Assembly: GCF_021869535.1 (NCBI RefSeq)
Contig: NW_026262723.1
Span: forward strand, 80,042,001-80,106,000
Reading direction: 5' to 3'
From: Mytilus californianus
Lineage: Eukaryota
Length of the DNA stretch: 64,000 nucleotides
In this document: positions 1-12,799 of the stretch, one piece after another
Numbering within the stretch: the stretch's first letter is position 1
Layout of the letters: every line of letters starts with the position of its first letter
Made by a program: the position numbers and the translations under genes
The notes under the pieces: generated by a model
The model's database searches: none
Seen by the model: only the letters and a program-made list of their open reading frames with translations
Told to the model about the DNA's origin: nothing

Positions 1-200
1 TTGAATATATTTATGAGAGATGAAGGACGATGTTTCCTATTGTAATCTAATTTAATCTATTAATTTTTATTTCCTCCTTTAAATACGCCTACTTTATCTA
101 ACGCATATGTCATTGTTTTACACTCATTTTGCCTATTATATCAGCCAAAGAACAGAAATAAAACACACAATCCTGAGTTTTAAAAATTACTCAATTTCAG

Positions 201-274
201 ATATATATTTTGGGAAAAGTCAGACCAGTCATGGACGCCATTGGATGGAAGGACGATGGAAACCATTTACAAAA
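201..274 (+). CDS. ENPEP-like: M1 aminopeptidase (glutamyl aminopeptidase-like), internal exon; gene begins upstream of the window
   Basis: tttcAG acceptor at 199-200, GT donor at 275; reads IYILGKVRPVMDAIGWKDDGNHLQK, matching the ERAP1-like C-terminal domain of M1 peptidases; phase joins the next exon. Confidence 0.85.
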
Positions 275-453
275 GTAAAGTCAAAACAAAACTATTCCTA
301 CTTTTCTTATTGCCTAATTTTTCTTTATTGAGATGCAATTAATTCAAAACCAACATACGAAGAAAAAAATATTTAAAAAATGATAAAATATTACAAATTC
401 TGCAGCAATAAAGAAATACAAACTTCAAATCCAGTATTCAATGTTTATTTCAG

Positions 454-558
454 ATTAATGAGATCTAATATAATTGCATTGGCATGCAGATTGGGTGACC
501 AGCACTGCTTAAGGAATGCAACTGAAAAGTTTAGAAACTGGATAGAAAATGGAGCAAT
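454..558 (+). CDS. ENPEP-like: M1 aminopeptidase exon
   Basis: AG 452-453 / GT 559-560; LMRSNIIALACRLGDQHCLRNATEKFRNWIENGA. Confidence 0.92.
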
Positions 559-1215
559 GTAGGCATATATATGATATTACATGAATTTAAATGTATTTAC
601 AAAATATTGATTAATTAGTTATAAAATTACATATGTATATCAATTTATTATTTACCAATATACTATATCCTGCAACATTGACTTTAGTTATAGCTATAAA
701 AATACTTCGTACATGCACGTAAAAGGGCTTCTTTTCTTAATAAGAATTAAAAAATCAACAATTCAAAAAAATTAATATTCATACTATTATAAATGTCTGA
801 ACTAAAACGAATGTCGACGCACTTGAATTTTTTTATACTTCAAACGAAAGATACACCTATGATACCAAATTTAGCGTGCACGAGAAGAGTTCTGGAATAC
901 CTTCCATCAGGTGTGTTTGATACTTAAAGTTTCATTCATAAAACAATCAAGAGTATCAAAATAAAAAAATAAAATTTATACAGAACAAACACACCGGCTT
1001 TTGTCACCTTGGCTTGCGGGAATTTTAACTCCTCATTTTTTCTCAATAACATAAACCTATATTTTTTATAAAAAAACTTACAATTCAAATGATGCCCATC
1101 ATCGTCAATAAACATAAAAGCATTTCCCTTGTAGTGGTAAAGGTACTGTTATACGACAGATGTCTTTTTATATCATTTTACATTAATTGAAACTAAATTA
1201 CTATTGTATTTTCAG

Positions 1216-1386
1216 TATTCCTCCAAATCTACGTTCTCTGGTGTACAATTATGGGATACAAGGTAGTGATTCAGAAGACGATTGGAACTTTATGTGGGAT
1301 AAATACACAAGAGAAACTGTTCCACAAGAGCAGATTAAATTGCTGTATGGGTTGTCCCGTACCCGCTCTGTATGGTTACTAAGAAG
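1216..1386 (+). CDS. ENPEP-like: M1 aminopeptidase exon
   Basis: AG 1214-1215 / GT 1387; IPPNLRSLVYNYG...DWNFMWDKY...EQIKLLYGLSRTRSVWLLRR, a typical M1 C-terminal motif. Confidence 0.95.
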
Positions 1387-2197
1387 GTACGCATTTACAC
1401 TTCTGGATTTTTACACACATGAATTCTGGTGTTATAATAAAATTGTTTTTTGGTTTGGAAAATATTTATTAAAGAATAAAACATGAAGGCTATTCATCCA
1501 AAAAAATGCATCTGCTTAGAAAAACATTAAAAATATGATGCATACAGATATCAGTTCAGAAATTTTAAGTTCATGTTTAAACAGATATGTTTGTAAAACG
1601 AGTCTCAATCCGATGAACGGATAAGCGGATCTTTTGACACATTTAACATACTTCCATAGGTAAGTCAATTTTAATTTTTGATATCACTTTGTTCTTTATT
1701 TCAAGATAGAATGAATATCAGTAAAAAGTGATTGATTGTTGGTTGTTTTAACGTCCAGTGACAAATATTTTATGCATGTTCAGGACGTAGAAAAACAGAC
1801 AATACAATGGGGATCACGGAAAAATACCCAAACAACAATTTACAAAGCACTACACAGAAAAATAAAGTTTAAGCTACATGAACCCCAACGAAAACATTGG
1901 TTGATCTCAGGTGCTTAGGTGCAATTAGACTACTACATACTTCAGTTTATTAACTAAGATTCACATAGCATTCATATTAAAAATCAAGTATTCAAATTTA
2001 CAGTTTTTTATTATTATCAATTTACAAGTTACTAATCAGCAACAGATGAAAGCAACAACTATGACTTACAAATATGTTCATCTTGTATCAAATTTGAAAG
2101 ATTATTTTCCATAACACTAAAACAGTCTCCATGAAACACGATAGGAAGTTGTGTACAAATATATCATATATAATCGGTTATTTTATTATTTATTTAG

Positions 2198-2338
2198 GTA
2201 TCTGGAATATGCTAAAGATGAATCGAAAGTGAAAGCGCAAGATTTCTTCAATGTTATAACCTATATTTCACGTAATCCAATCGGAAGAAGTTTAGCTTGG
2301 GACTGGGTGAGATCAAACTGGGAATATATGGTACAAAG
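2198..2338 (+). CDS. ENPEP-like: M1 aminopeptidase exon (141 bp)
   Basis: AG 2196-2197 / GT 2339; YLEYAKDESKVKAQDFFNVITYISRNPIGRSLAWDWVRSNWEYMVQR. Confidence 0.95.
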
Positions 2339-4291
2339 GTAATTTGGCTGACGATTTCATTTACAGAAAAATGGTTTTATTTTTTAGATATGGTTTTACA
2401 GTCAGGATTCTCTTCTCATAAAGACACCTAATTTTTATAACCGTAAAAATGGAAGCCATTGTAGTGATGACGCGCTGTCAATTTAGCTCTTGATAACCGA
2501 TCAATTTATCCACATAGCATCATTACGATCCTTATAAGCGAGTTGTATTTTCAAAGACAAATGTATATAATAGCTATTGAGCATCATTTAATGTACTTTT
2601 ATGCATTTGGTCAACTTAAAACTATTGTCTGATCGATTGTCAGAGGAAATTTTCGAAAGTTCAAAAATATTTAAAAAATTTGGAAGGGCAGACTAAAAAA
2701 TTGCAGAGGTTGAAGACTTATTACCCAAGATAACACACAGAAAAAAATAAGTTTTTTTGAAGTTATGCATTTTTAAGATCCACTTGTAAAGTCTGTCGTC
2801 AAGTACTTTTTAGTAAAAATTTGTTATTGAAACACACCTTCTCTGTTGTTATGACTCATTAGTAAGGTATTAAATTTTCACTTGACCCATATTTTTAAAT
2901 ACTGTAAATTTTTAATTTTATTATATCAACATATAGCCTAAATATATAAAAATAATAGAATCTAAAGCGAGATGATGTATTAAATATTTTTCTTTTATAC
3001 GTTTTCAAGACAGAATAGTCAACTCAAACATTAAAATATGTACTCGACTTTCTCTTTTCGATCAAATTATTGACCATTTTGAGGATTGTTTCCCAAAAAA
3101 CTGTCACCGGGGGCAGAGATGCAAATCAATGCTCTAAAAAGATCAATCTATTATCTTTCTTTGGAATTTGTTTTCGGTGGAATTTATGCTTATGCACAAA
3201 AAAGATCCACATGTATTTACACCTACCACAATCGACTGTTTTGTTAACATTTGTCTATGATTTAAAAGTTTACAAATATTTTGGATCTCCATACAAAATT
3301 TAAGTAAAAACACATATTTAAGAAGCATAAAATCTTAAATTATGCACACTCATTAAACTTCTAAAGTCAATAGAAACAGATGTAAACAATTCAAATTTAC
3401 CAACTTGGCCTTTTTTACCTTCTCTAATAAAGAGTTCTATTTCTTTTGTTTAATTTCAACTGGGTTTCCGCCTGTTTAAAACACAGAAATATATGCGATT
3501 AAGTTTCTTTCTCGCATTTGTATTACCGGGATATGATGTACAACATTAAAAAAAACCGACACAATATTTTATATCAAATAAATATGTTGATTAATAAGGA
3601 TACGATGAAGAAAATATTGAAATATATGCTGTAATTGAATGAAATATGACCTACGATTAGTTTGTCTCTTTACTCGAAGTGTCTGTGGATAGGCAACAAG
3701 TCATCAAGTTTCATGTCATATCATTTGTTATAATTTAAGACCAAAATATAACGGAAATTCATTTCATAGCAACGAAACTAGGCGAAGAAGGGATATGCAT
3801 GTTTAAGCCCTAGGCATGACATCCACATGAATAATGCTTCATTCAAACAAACAAACAAAATTTGCAAGGATTTATTCAAGATTGAATATTTAGACTTTGC
3901 TGTATAGTTTGATAAATGATTAGTAAACGTAATTTGATTCTTAATTGTACTCCTTTATTAATCAGTAGGTTTCTACTTAGACAGATACATTAAACGTGTT
4001 TATTTTTGTTTAATGCATTATGTAAGCTAACAAAACAAAACAAATCGAGCTGTTCATTAATTTGGAAGTTATAAAATATTAGATCAAGTTTGTTTAAAAG
4101 AGTAATAGAGTTTTTATGACAATTTATCACCGAAAACACATTTCTAAACAAAAAGTCATGATTATTTTTGTAATCACTTATTCAAAACTCCGTCTGGTCA
4201 TCTCTTTTTCATAAAGATGAAGTCCATAACTTTAAAAAGTAATCTTTCATAATGAACTGTTATCATATTGAATTTCTTTTGAATATTTCAG

Positions 4292-4373
4292 ATTTACAGT
4301 GTTTTCAAGATCCCTAGGAAGGTTGATTCCATCGATTATTATATATTTTAATACAGAGTTTCATCTGAAAGAG
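4292..4373 (+). CDS. ENPEP-like: M1 aminopeptidase exon (82 bp)
   Basis: AG 4290-4291 / GT 4374; FTVFSRSLGRLIPSIIIYFNTEFHLKE; frame-consistent with both neighbours. Confidence 0.9.
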
Positions 4374-4609
4374 GTAAACATACGTTTTACGTTAATGTTA
4401 ATGTTACATTTGTTTTCAAAACAACAGAATTGATTAATTAAGGCAACAGTAGTTTACAGATGTTCAAACATTAGAAAGAACCAGCGAAAAATTCGCTTCG
4501 AGATTCTCGCATTTTAACCGTTACCACAGTTTGGATGTGAGGATATGCTTTGAACATATTTTTTTTCGTTTTCATCAGTGTGAAAATTTCTAACTGATTT
4601 CAAAAGCGC

Positions 4610-5030
4610 AATAAAGGCAATAGTAGTATACCGCTGTTCAATAGTCATAAATCGATTTAACTGAAACAAATCCGGGTCACAAACCAAAACTGAGGGAGAC
4701 ACATCAACTATAAGAGGAAACAAAACGGAACAACAGAAACACTGAACTGCTATAAAACAAACGCCAACATACATAAAAACGAACTATGTGATAACTATTG
4801 CCATATTCCTGACTTGGTACAGGACATTTTAAGAAAAATGGTGGGTTGAACCTGGTTTTATGGCTAGCCAATCCTCCCGCTTATATAGCATTGTTAAAAA
4901 ATCCGCTAAAATGACAACATTACGTGACAGGAATAAAGTACAAATAAATGCAAGAACATTCAGAACAGAGAAATACATAAATAAATAATATAATAGTCCA
5001 TTTCAACATGTAAACCACAGAATAACAACG
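4610..5030 (-). repeat. Dispersed repeat family A (probable Penelope-like element 3' tail), in aminopeptidase intron
   Basis: Close copy at 22580-22960; shares the AAACCAGGTTCAACCCACCATTTT...CCTGTACCAAGTCAGG core with several other copies. Confidence 0.7.
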
Positions 5031-5419
5031 AACACCTAAAATTAATTTACGACAGAACACAAATACAGCACAATAGAATAATGAACTGTGCGTCACACGA
5101 ATGTATCAACGCCACAAAAAGTGACGTCACAGGTAAATTTTAAATAATACAATATGAAATTGGAATTAAGTTTGTAATGGTGTTATTTGATGTATTTTCT
5201 AACCATTACAAGAATATTAATATAGAATTGTGTAAGTAATGGTGTAATTATTTGTATTTTATAACCATGGTTTCTCTTCTAAATCAAACTGTGAAAAAAA
5301 AACAAATGAATCCTGTGCATATAGTTGCTTTTAACCTAAAAATCATATAAATGAACTAGGTGATTAATATCTTAACTTTTACATACATAAAGAAAAAGAA
5401 AAATAGAATTAAAACCACA

Positions 5420-6880
5420 AACGATAAGACATAAAACAACATCCAACCAGAATTACAAATGGAACATCATAACTAAATACATGAATGTTGGATGTAAAAA
5501 TACCGAAACACGTCTAATAGCAATGCGAATTTACACGCACCAAAACAGTCATATTCGGGAATGGGTCACGTTCGGTACATAGAAGACCAGACGATGTAGA
5601 TGGTAAACCACAATCTAAGACATGGTAAAAATGTCGTTAGTTAGTTTAGACACAGACACATCGTAAAGATCAACCAATTCGTGATGGTGTCCATAAAATT
5701 TACGGAGTGTCATTTTTAATCTTTCCTCCTCATAACTCTGTTGGAGCAGTTTCTGCGTAAGGAGGACACTCCTGTATATGAAGTCCGTATAGTGTGAACA
5801 TGCACGAGCATAACGTATCAACTGAGATATGTAAACACTATACGATGGGGCAGAGGGTATGTTACTGCTGAGAAATGGGAAATTGATAATTGGGAAGTTG
5901 AAATCGTCCAGTTTGTCATAGATTTTAGTGTGAAGTCGTCCATCTGTGTCAATATTGAGTAAAAGATCAAGGTATGAAGCAGTCCTCCTAGTATCGGTAG
6001 TATCCTTAATTGCAAGTTCACTGGGATATATGAGATGCAAGTACAGGATGAAATACGGGTTATTTAGTGATAGGACATCATCAATATATCTGAAAGTAAA
6101 ATTAAAGAATTTCGCAAGGTGCCATTTCTTTTTGTCTTTTAGAAGGTTTTGAATGAATTCTGCTTCATACGAGTACAGAAACAAATCGGCCAGTAGGGGT
6201 GTACAATTAGTACCCATTGGAATACCGACTGTGTTGAAATATCAATCCTCCAAACTCAACAAATATATTGTCGATCAAAAAGTCCAGTATTTTGATATCA
6301 TCTTCAGTATATTTTGTGGTAGAATCAGTGTGGTTCTTCACAAAATAAGAATTATTATAACCCAAAACAAGAAATTTATGTCCACGATTCCCATTTTTAT
6401 AGAAAAAGCTCTGTTTAATGAGATGGTGAAGTCCATCTCTTACTTGAGCATAGGGAATAGTAGTGTAAAGCGTAGAAAAATCAAAAGTTTTAATGTTGCT
6501 GCAAAATTGCAGAGATTGTGATCTAAGATTTAGCAGTAGATCTTTAGAATTTTTAAGAATCCACATCTGATTGACACCACTGGTGGGATATATCTCATCA
6601 CAATATTTTTGAAAGCCATCTTTTACTGTAGAAAGAATAGTAATCAGCACTTTAGAAAGATGTTTAGTTGAACATCTTGATGATCAGGCTATGTATCGTT
6701 CTTTATAAGGAGTTTTGTGAAGTGTTGGTATCCAGTATAATGACGGTAGATTTTCTTCGTTTTCTTTGATGTTAATACCAAAAGAAAGAAGGACAGATTT
6801 GTGATTTTGTAAAATTTCATATTTGTAAATGATGTTAAAGAATATGTAGGATTACCAGTTGTTTTGCTGTTTAATTCAAT
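5420..6880 (-). mobile_element. 5'-truncated Penelope-like (Naiad-type) retroelement, RT remnant, antisense in aminopeptidase intron
   Basis: ORFs 6207-6650 and 5615-6217 plus 6650-6870 carry YWIPTLHKTPY, FDFSTLYTTIP, MGTNCTPLLADLFLYSYE, FRYIDDVL and SQLIRYARAC; frameshifts and a stop are present. Confidence 0.88.
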
Positions 6881-7301
6881 ATTATTAGTAAAGAATATAT
6901 AAATTGTTATTGTAGGAAAAAACTAATACAGTAAACAGAGACCACCATTATTTGTAGTTAAATGTTGTATATACATAGAAAGGGATAACCCGAATCGTTC
7001 ATATCAACAAACTGTATAAAAAAAATAAGGCAACACCCGACCTTTCCAAATTTATTTACTTGTACTCACTTATCTCTTAATCAAACTTTTCCCTCCAATA
7101 TATATATGCATTTATTACAATGCTTTGAATATAACTTAACCGTTTATTCTCGTCACTATCTGAAGATATATTTACTTGGCTCGCTCAATTGTCGGTCAAC
7201 ATGTTTGGATTTTATTTTTCTATAAATCTACAACTTCTGATGGTTTTAATATAAAAGAAATGCAACTGTATCAGTCAATTTCATGTCAATCTGTATTTTA
7301 G

Positions 7302-7457
7302 GTCGAGTCATTTTTCAAACTATATCCGGACGCTGGAGCGGGAGAAAGAGCACGAGAACAAGCCTTGGAAAGTATAAGAGGAAATATAGCATGGATGAGC
7401 AATTATCAAGATATAATTAGTAAATGGCTTTGTCAAGAACTCAAAAACTGTGTATGA
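7302..7457 (+). CDS. ENPEP-like: M1 aminopeptidase terminal coding exon
   Basis: AG 7300-7301; VESFFKLYPDAGAGERAREQALESIRGNIAWMSNYQDIISKWLCQELKNCV*, resembling the ENPEP YPxAGAGE...REQ.LE C-terminus; TGA stop 7455-7457. Confidence 0.93.
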   Translation, partial: VESFFKLYPDAGAGERAREQALESIRGNIAWMSNYQDIISKWLCQELKNCV

Positions 7458-7969
7458 AGCAGCATATATACACCTCGTATATATTTTGATTAAATATCTC
7501 GTTTGTAATATTATAAACAGTTTCATATATAATTTGTACAGAATTGTTTTTATTTTATTTTGGTGTAAATGTTTATTTTATGATATTTATAAATAAGTTT
7601 TAATTTTTATTTTGCCAACTCTTAATTACATTAAATGCATTATCAAAATAATTCTCATTAGATCAAGTTTTAGTTCATGATTCACACGAGAAAAAAGCAA
7701 GAATATTAAGAAAAACGTAAATTATACAAGATTGCTTCATCGTAACGAAATGTCGCCTACGGTTGTGTACTTGGAATACAATCACTACACAACATGAAAT
7801 CTTCTAGCAAACCAACAAGTCAAATTGAACGGAACAATATGGTCACCTACACATGATGACAAACAGTACAAACAAGTATGAGAGCTTTCTGTAAAAAATC
7901 ATCAAAGATAAAATGGTCTCTGAGGATTAACGATCAGAAGCTGTCATTGGTTCCAGGATTAAATGTTTC

Positions 7970-8040
7970 ACCACTAGACGCTCATTTAGTCTTCAAACGA
8001 CTCACGAGTGATGCTCGAATCAAAAAAATTAAAAAGGCCC
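7970..8040 (-). repeat. Degenerate hammerhead-bearing repeat (family H1)
   Basis: Reverse complement CATCA-CTCGTGA-GTC-GTTTGAA-GAC-TAAA-TGAGCGTC; core mutated relative to the copy at 38815. Confidence 0.5.
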
Positions 8041-8904
8041 AGTAAAGTCCGAAGTTGGAATGATAGTTTAAAAATGGTCAAAGTCCCATACCCCAAATTA
8101 AATGGTCAAAACAAAAAGACGGTTAATTTTTTCTCAACTACACAAAATGGCAACCCTTTTACAACGAAAAAGAAGTGCGTTTACAAAGTGTTATTGTGTT
8201 ACAAAAGTCTTTAAAAAAATGGTCAAAGTCCCATTACTCGTGTAAAAAAATATCAAATCAAACTGAATAAAAAAATTACAAGGTCTCAAAATAAAACATT
8301 TTGAAAAATTCCAAAATACGAACCATCGCTCATTGCAAACCTCTACATGAGTTAGTGAATGTCAATTTTACATTTAATAGGATGAATTCGATATAAATGT
8401 TGAATTAGTTGTTTTTCAAGATGTAGCCTCGATTGGTTAAGATGTACTAATGAAGGCAGATTGTAGATCTGCTAATTTCAGATTAATCAATGGAGTTAAG
8501 CTGTTGGCTGGTATACCCATTCCTTTCTTGCAAACAAAATGGCTTAAATTTGGAGCCCTTTTTTTTCCGTTAATTGCTTTTCCTGGACGACACACTCTGG
8601 TATCAGATAACGTCATCGCCATTATTTTTGACTATCAAGTCAGAGTTGAACTATAGCATAATGCAGGTGGCATGACGTCACAGTGAACGTAAAATCTACA
8701 ATATTCTTATAGGACATGTGTGTCACGACATGTCGCAGTTTGTAGGCCTTGTATTTAAATTCGAACCCTCTGATAACTCGGGTACAGTCTTTGTATCATC
8801 TGGGCGCCATATCACTGATTTTGGAAATAACTGTACTAATTTATAGCTACTCATAATTTTCTTTAATAAAACTGTATTGCTTCCGTATAAAATACATCAA
8901 ACGA

Positions 8905-9034
8905 ATGGAAAACAACTGTCATATTCCTGACTTGGTACAGGCATTTCCTTATATAGAAAATGGTGGATTAAACCTGGTTTTATAGCTAGCTGAACATCTC
9001 ACTTGTATGACAGTCGCATAAAATTCCATTATAT
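8905..9034 (-). repeat. Dispersed repeat family A fragment
   Basis: CCTGACTTGGTACAGGCATTTC...AAATGGTGGATTAAACCTGGTTTTATAGCTAGC shared with 53240-53455. Confidence 0.7.
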
Positions 9035-9519
9035 TGTAACGCCCCTGGTCGAGCATTACGAAGCTTATATTTGTGTGTGTGTATATTTGATTACTAACAC
9101 GAGATACAAGATTAACCTTGGTAGCAGGCCTATAAATAACTTTCACTGGTAATTGTGAAACTGCAATGGTTACTTGCAAATAACTTGGTAGCTTAACTGA
9201 GAAGTCTAGACACTGGTTTCTAATTCTTAATAAGATGAAATATAACAAAAACAGTAAAAAAAAAAAGGAAAACAACACGTTTAATAATCATAAGTTTCAA
9301 CATTGACTATTTAATCAGTCATAAATATCAATACATATATCATAAATAAATGCCCCAGAGTGAAAAACAGTACAGGGACCCCTGTATGTATACCTGTACT
9401 GTTTTATTAAAAAAAAAAATTTTTTACAATATAAAATATCACAATTACTATTTCAATATTAAAAAACAATGTTCATTCACGAAATTCAAAACATATGCAA
9501 CACCTTTAAAAAGTAGACT

Positions 9520-10985
9520 GTGTCCATCATTGTTCATAGCACATCCAGTGTATACCAAAAGTAAGTAATGTCCAATATTGTTCATCCAAAATGTTCACCA
9601 TACATCCGATATAAGTAATGTCCATCTAAATTCATTATATATCTTTTTACATCGCGATGACCTTGAGGTCATTAACGATGTATTGCTATCGCCTAGATTT
9701 CCATTATGTAAATTAGTTTTGGGTTTGTAACCGATCTATAAACATGATAAATACGCGCACATAAACGAGTGCAAAATAACATTCCTTATCGTTTGATATA
9801 AATACATCTCTTCAATGAATACCGATAAAAATATTTTTGTTTACAACATAAATTAAAATATGAAAATGTTTTGTAGTTAGATATATATATATAAGTAAAA
9901 AATCATTGATAATATCAATGCACACGTACCGAAAAATTGTGTTAAAGCATGCGGAAGAATATCTCAAAGAACGTTTTGTGAAAATACCGTCAAGGACCGG
10001 TAACTCTGTAATTGTTTTTGCGGGAAAATATGAATGCCTACTCGTATCCAATCTTTGAAAAATCGAATTTTTACAGAAAAGTGTCCACCATGCACTTGCA
10101 TTGCACTATTTTTAGAATAGTAGAATAGAATGATATACAAATGGATTCAAATCATATATATATGTAACTGTTATTTTAATATAATATAAACAACAACTCA
10201 GTGTATACTGATTTGTATCACTACAAGTTATTACGGTGAAGTTGAATTTCCTGTCATTTATTCATCATCCACGCACGAACTTGTCTCAGAAAAAAATATA
10301 TCTCTGTACATTAACCTCAGTTTTAGGTAAAGAGATATGTTGTTTTTTTCTGAGACAAGTGCTTTTGACCATCCTCAAGAACTTGTGGTCATCCGATGTT
10401 CAGTACTTCAGTACTTTGATTAAAAGTACAGATTGTTATGATATGGTTGCCAAGACCTGCTTTAATATTTTAAATAGAAGAAATAGTTTTTATATGTTAG
10501 ATTTATAGTTGTGTTGTTTTTACAGACCTGAAATATTTTATAGACATGATAAATATAGTTATATGTTTTTATAGAACGGAAATGTTTTATAGACATGATA
10601 AATATATAGTTATAATTTATTGGAATTTCTATATTGTCTCTCATAATTCTTAATATAATGGCACTTGTATTTTAACTTATAAAATTACTGTTTTATACAA
10701 TGTATATATTATGATGATTATATTATATGTATTACAAGTTGTGAGACTTTAATAAAATATTGAATCTGAATTTAAAATGTCACCATACATGCACATCCGA
10801 TATGTTCAACATAAGTTATGTCTATCATTGTAAATCCAAAATGTTCATCATGCATCCGATTTATTAAAAGTAAGTAATGTCCAACATTGTTCATCCAAAA
10901 TGTTCACCATAAATCCGATATACTAATAGTAAGTTATATCTATCACTGTTGATGATTCCAAAATGTTCATAATTGTTCATTCAAA
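9520..10985. repeat. Degenerate ~55-60 bp minisatellite in two blocks (9520-9630 and 10775-10985)
   Basis: Recurring AAGTAAGTAATGTCCAAyATTGTTCATCCAAAATGTTCACCATAmATCCGATAT. Confidence 0.7.
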
Positions 10986-11779
10986 ATATGCAAAAACAGC
11001 AACTTCAACCAACAATAAACAAAACCTCAACTTCTCACATAATATTAAATAACTGTAATAATAATAACAGTGTCTCGGCAATAACAATAACATCCTGCAT
11101 GGGTGATAAAATGTCCTACAGGCAAATAAATATTCTCTTAGTATTTCCTTTACTTAAATACTACAAAGATTTCTTGTTTGGAAAGCTAATTATTTACTTG
11201 ATTTCAAGTTGTAAACCAGTTAATTCTACTTGACTCTTTTTCTTCTTTTCTTTTTACCAATTACATTAATTTGGTGGAGTTGTTAAACTAGATAAATTTT
11301 AATTTACTTTAGGTTTCAAACTTGATAATTTCTTACAGAAATGTCTAATCTGTAACTTTAAATTTTCAAAATTTCTTTTACTTACAAGTCTTTAAAATAT
11401 CATAAGTAATACATTTTAAGACTTCCCAAAGGTCGAACCAAAAACTGGAAATTGTTATAAATTTATTTTATATCTACATCAGTATATCCTTAATTTTTCT
11501 AATAACAGACATTTAAAATTGAGAATGGAAACGGGGAATGTGTCAAAAAGACAACAACCCGACCAAAGAGCAGAACACAGCCCAAGGCTACCAATGGGTC
11601 TTCCAACAAAGCGAGAAAATCCCGTACCCGAAGGCGGGCTTCAGCTGGCCCCTAAACAAAAATGTGTAATAGTTCAGCGAAACTGGACGTCACACTAAAC
11701 TAAACACGAAACATATAAATGAACCAAAATTTAAAAAAAAAACATACATTTCATATAAGATAAATACGATAAAATCAAA

Positions 11780-12799
11780 TAATCTCTCTATCAACGATTC
11801 TTGGAAGGATTATAACAACCTTTCAAACTGCTAGCAATTTACAAAGACTTGGTCAGTTAACACCAATTATTTATTTCATTAAAAATCTCAAATTGATTCA
11901 AGTATTCTTCAATATCTTCTGTGCCATCATAGAAATGTGGCTTCAAATTGAATTTTGAGTCACGAAAATGTGCACCAGAATGATTTGGATGAAAATGTTT
12001 ATTTCTGTATTGTATTTGTGGGTCAAATTGTGAATTATTCACTGAGTTATGACTATGATTAGTGGATCGGTAGTATGGGTAAGTTTGTTGATCTTGACAA
12101 ATGTCTTGTCATGTCTTCATTGTCACCATTTATTTCTACCGTAGGATTTTAGTGATTATATTGGTTATCACCACATCCAGTTGGGTGTTGTGAATTGTTA
12201 TTAACTATCTTTTGTCTTATTTCAGGAAATGCTTTACATTCACTGCTTTCTAATTAACTCACTCTCCCAAAGGCATAAGGCATTTGTCTGCCGAAGCTAC
12301 TTTTTAAATCATTGATCTAATTTATATAAAAATAAGGAGATGAGGTATGATTGCCAATGAGACATCTATCGACCAAAGTTCAAATACAATGGATGTTAGC
12401 AATTAAAGGCAACCGTACGGCCTTCAACAATGAGAAAAACCCATACCGTTCTCATGAATTTATGTTTCTGGTATTTTAAAACTAATATTTGACATAGTTT
12501 GTTGTATTTCATCTCGTAATATGTTTACTACAAGCATGTATTATTTCTTTTTTTTTCATGTTGTAAACTTTTTACTTCATATTCATAAACGGTATGTAAT
12601 GATTCAATTGACTGTTGTCTACTTAGTGATATCATTTCACTGGAACTTATGTTTAAAGTTTCATTTTCTACTATTGAGGATCTAGATTTTTAATTAAATT
12701 CTATTTCATGACAATTGTCCACTTTTAGAATGTTAAGGTATTTATTTTTGCTAATTTATACGTTTAGAATTTAAATCACACTTCTGTCACCAGTGTAAC
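11780..12799 (-). mobile_element. Degenerate Gypsy LTR retrotransposon 5' part (LTR end, PBS, gag remnant)
   Basis: Minus strand GTTACA-C-TGGTGACAGAAGTG (LTR end plus PBS, ~12779-12799); ORF 11857-12042 has the gag-like KPHFYDGTEDIEEYLNQFEIFNEINNW. Confidence 0.7.
12325..12450 (-). repeat. Dispersed repeat family B (Naiad 3' tail), inserted in the Gypsy remnant
   Basis: Reverse complement matches 25640-25765 (GAAGGCCGTACGG...CTCATTGGCAATCATACC). Confidence 0.65.

Noticed and set aside
1-60. Upstream aminopeptidase exon at the window start
   Set aside because: No frame gave convincing M1 similarity together with a usable donor.
5400-5614. SECIS in the 3' UTR of the intronic Naiad
   Set aside because: An ATGA...AAA is present on the minus strand, but hand folding gave no helix II or 3' GA partner.
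6153-6521. 122-aa plus-strand ORF as a gene
   Set aside because: It is the antisense shadow of the RT remnant; most other 60-120 aa ORFs in the track are likewise intron read-throughs or chance ORFs.
6684-6686. In-frame TGA in the intronic Naiad (YIA*SSRC) as selenocysteine
   Set aside because: This slot is a small residue (G/A/S) in related copies, not Cys; it is best read as decay.
9035-9240. Solo LTR starting TGTAACGCCCC
   Set aside because: It is an LTR-like start inside a family A repeat, but no matching end or TSD was found.
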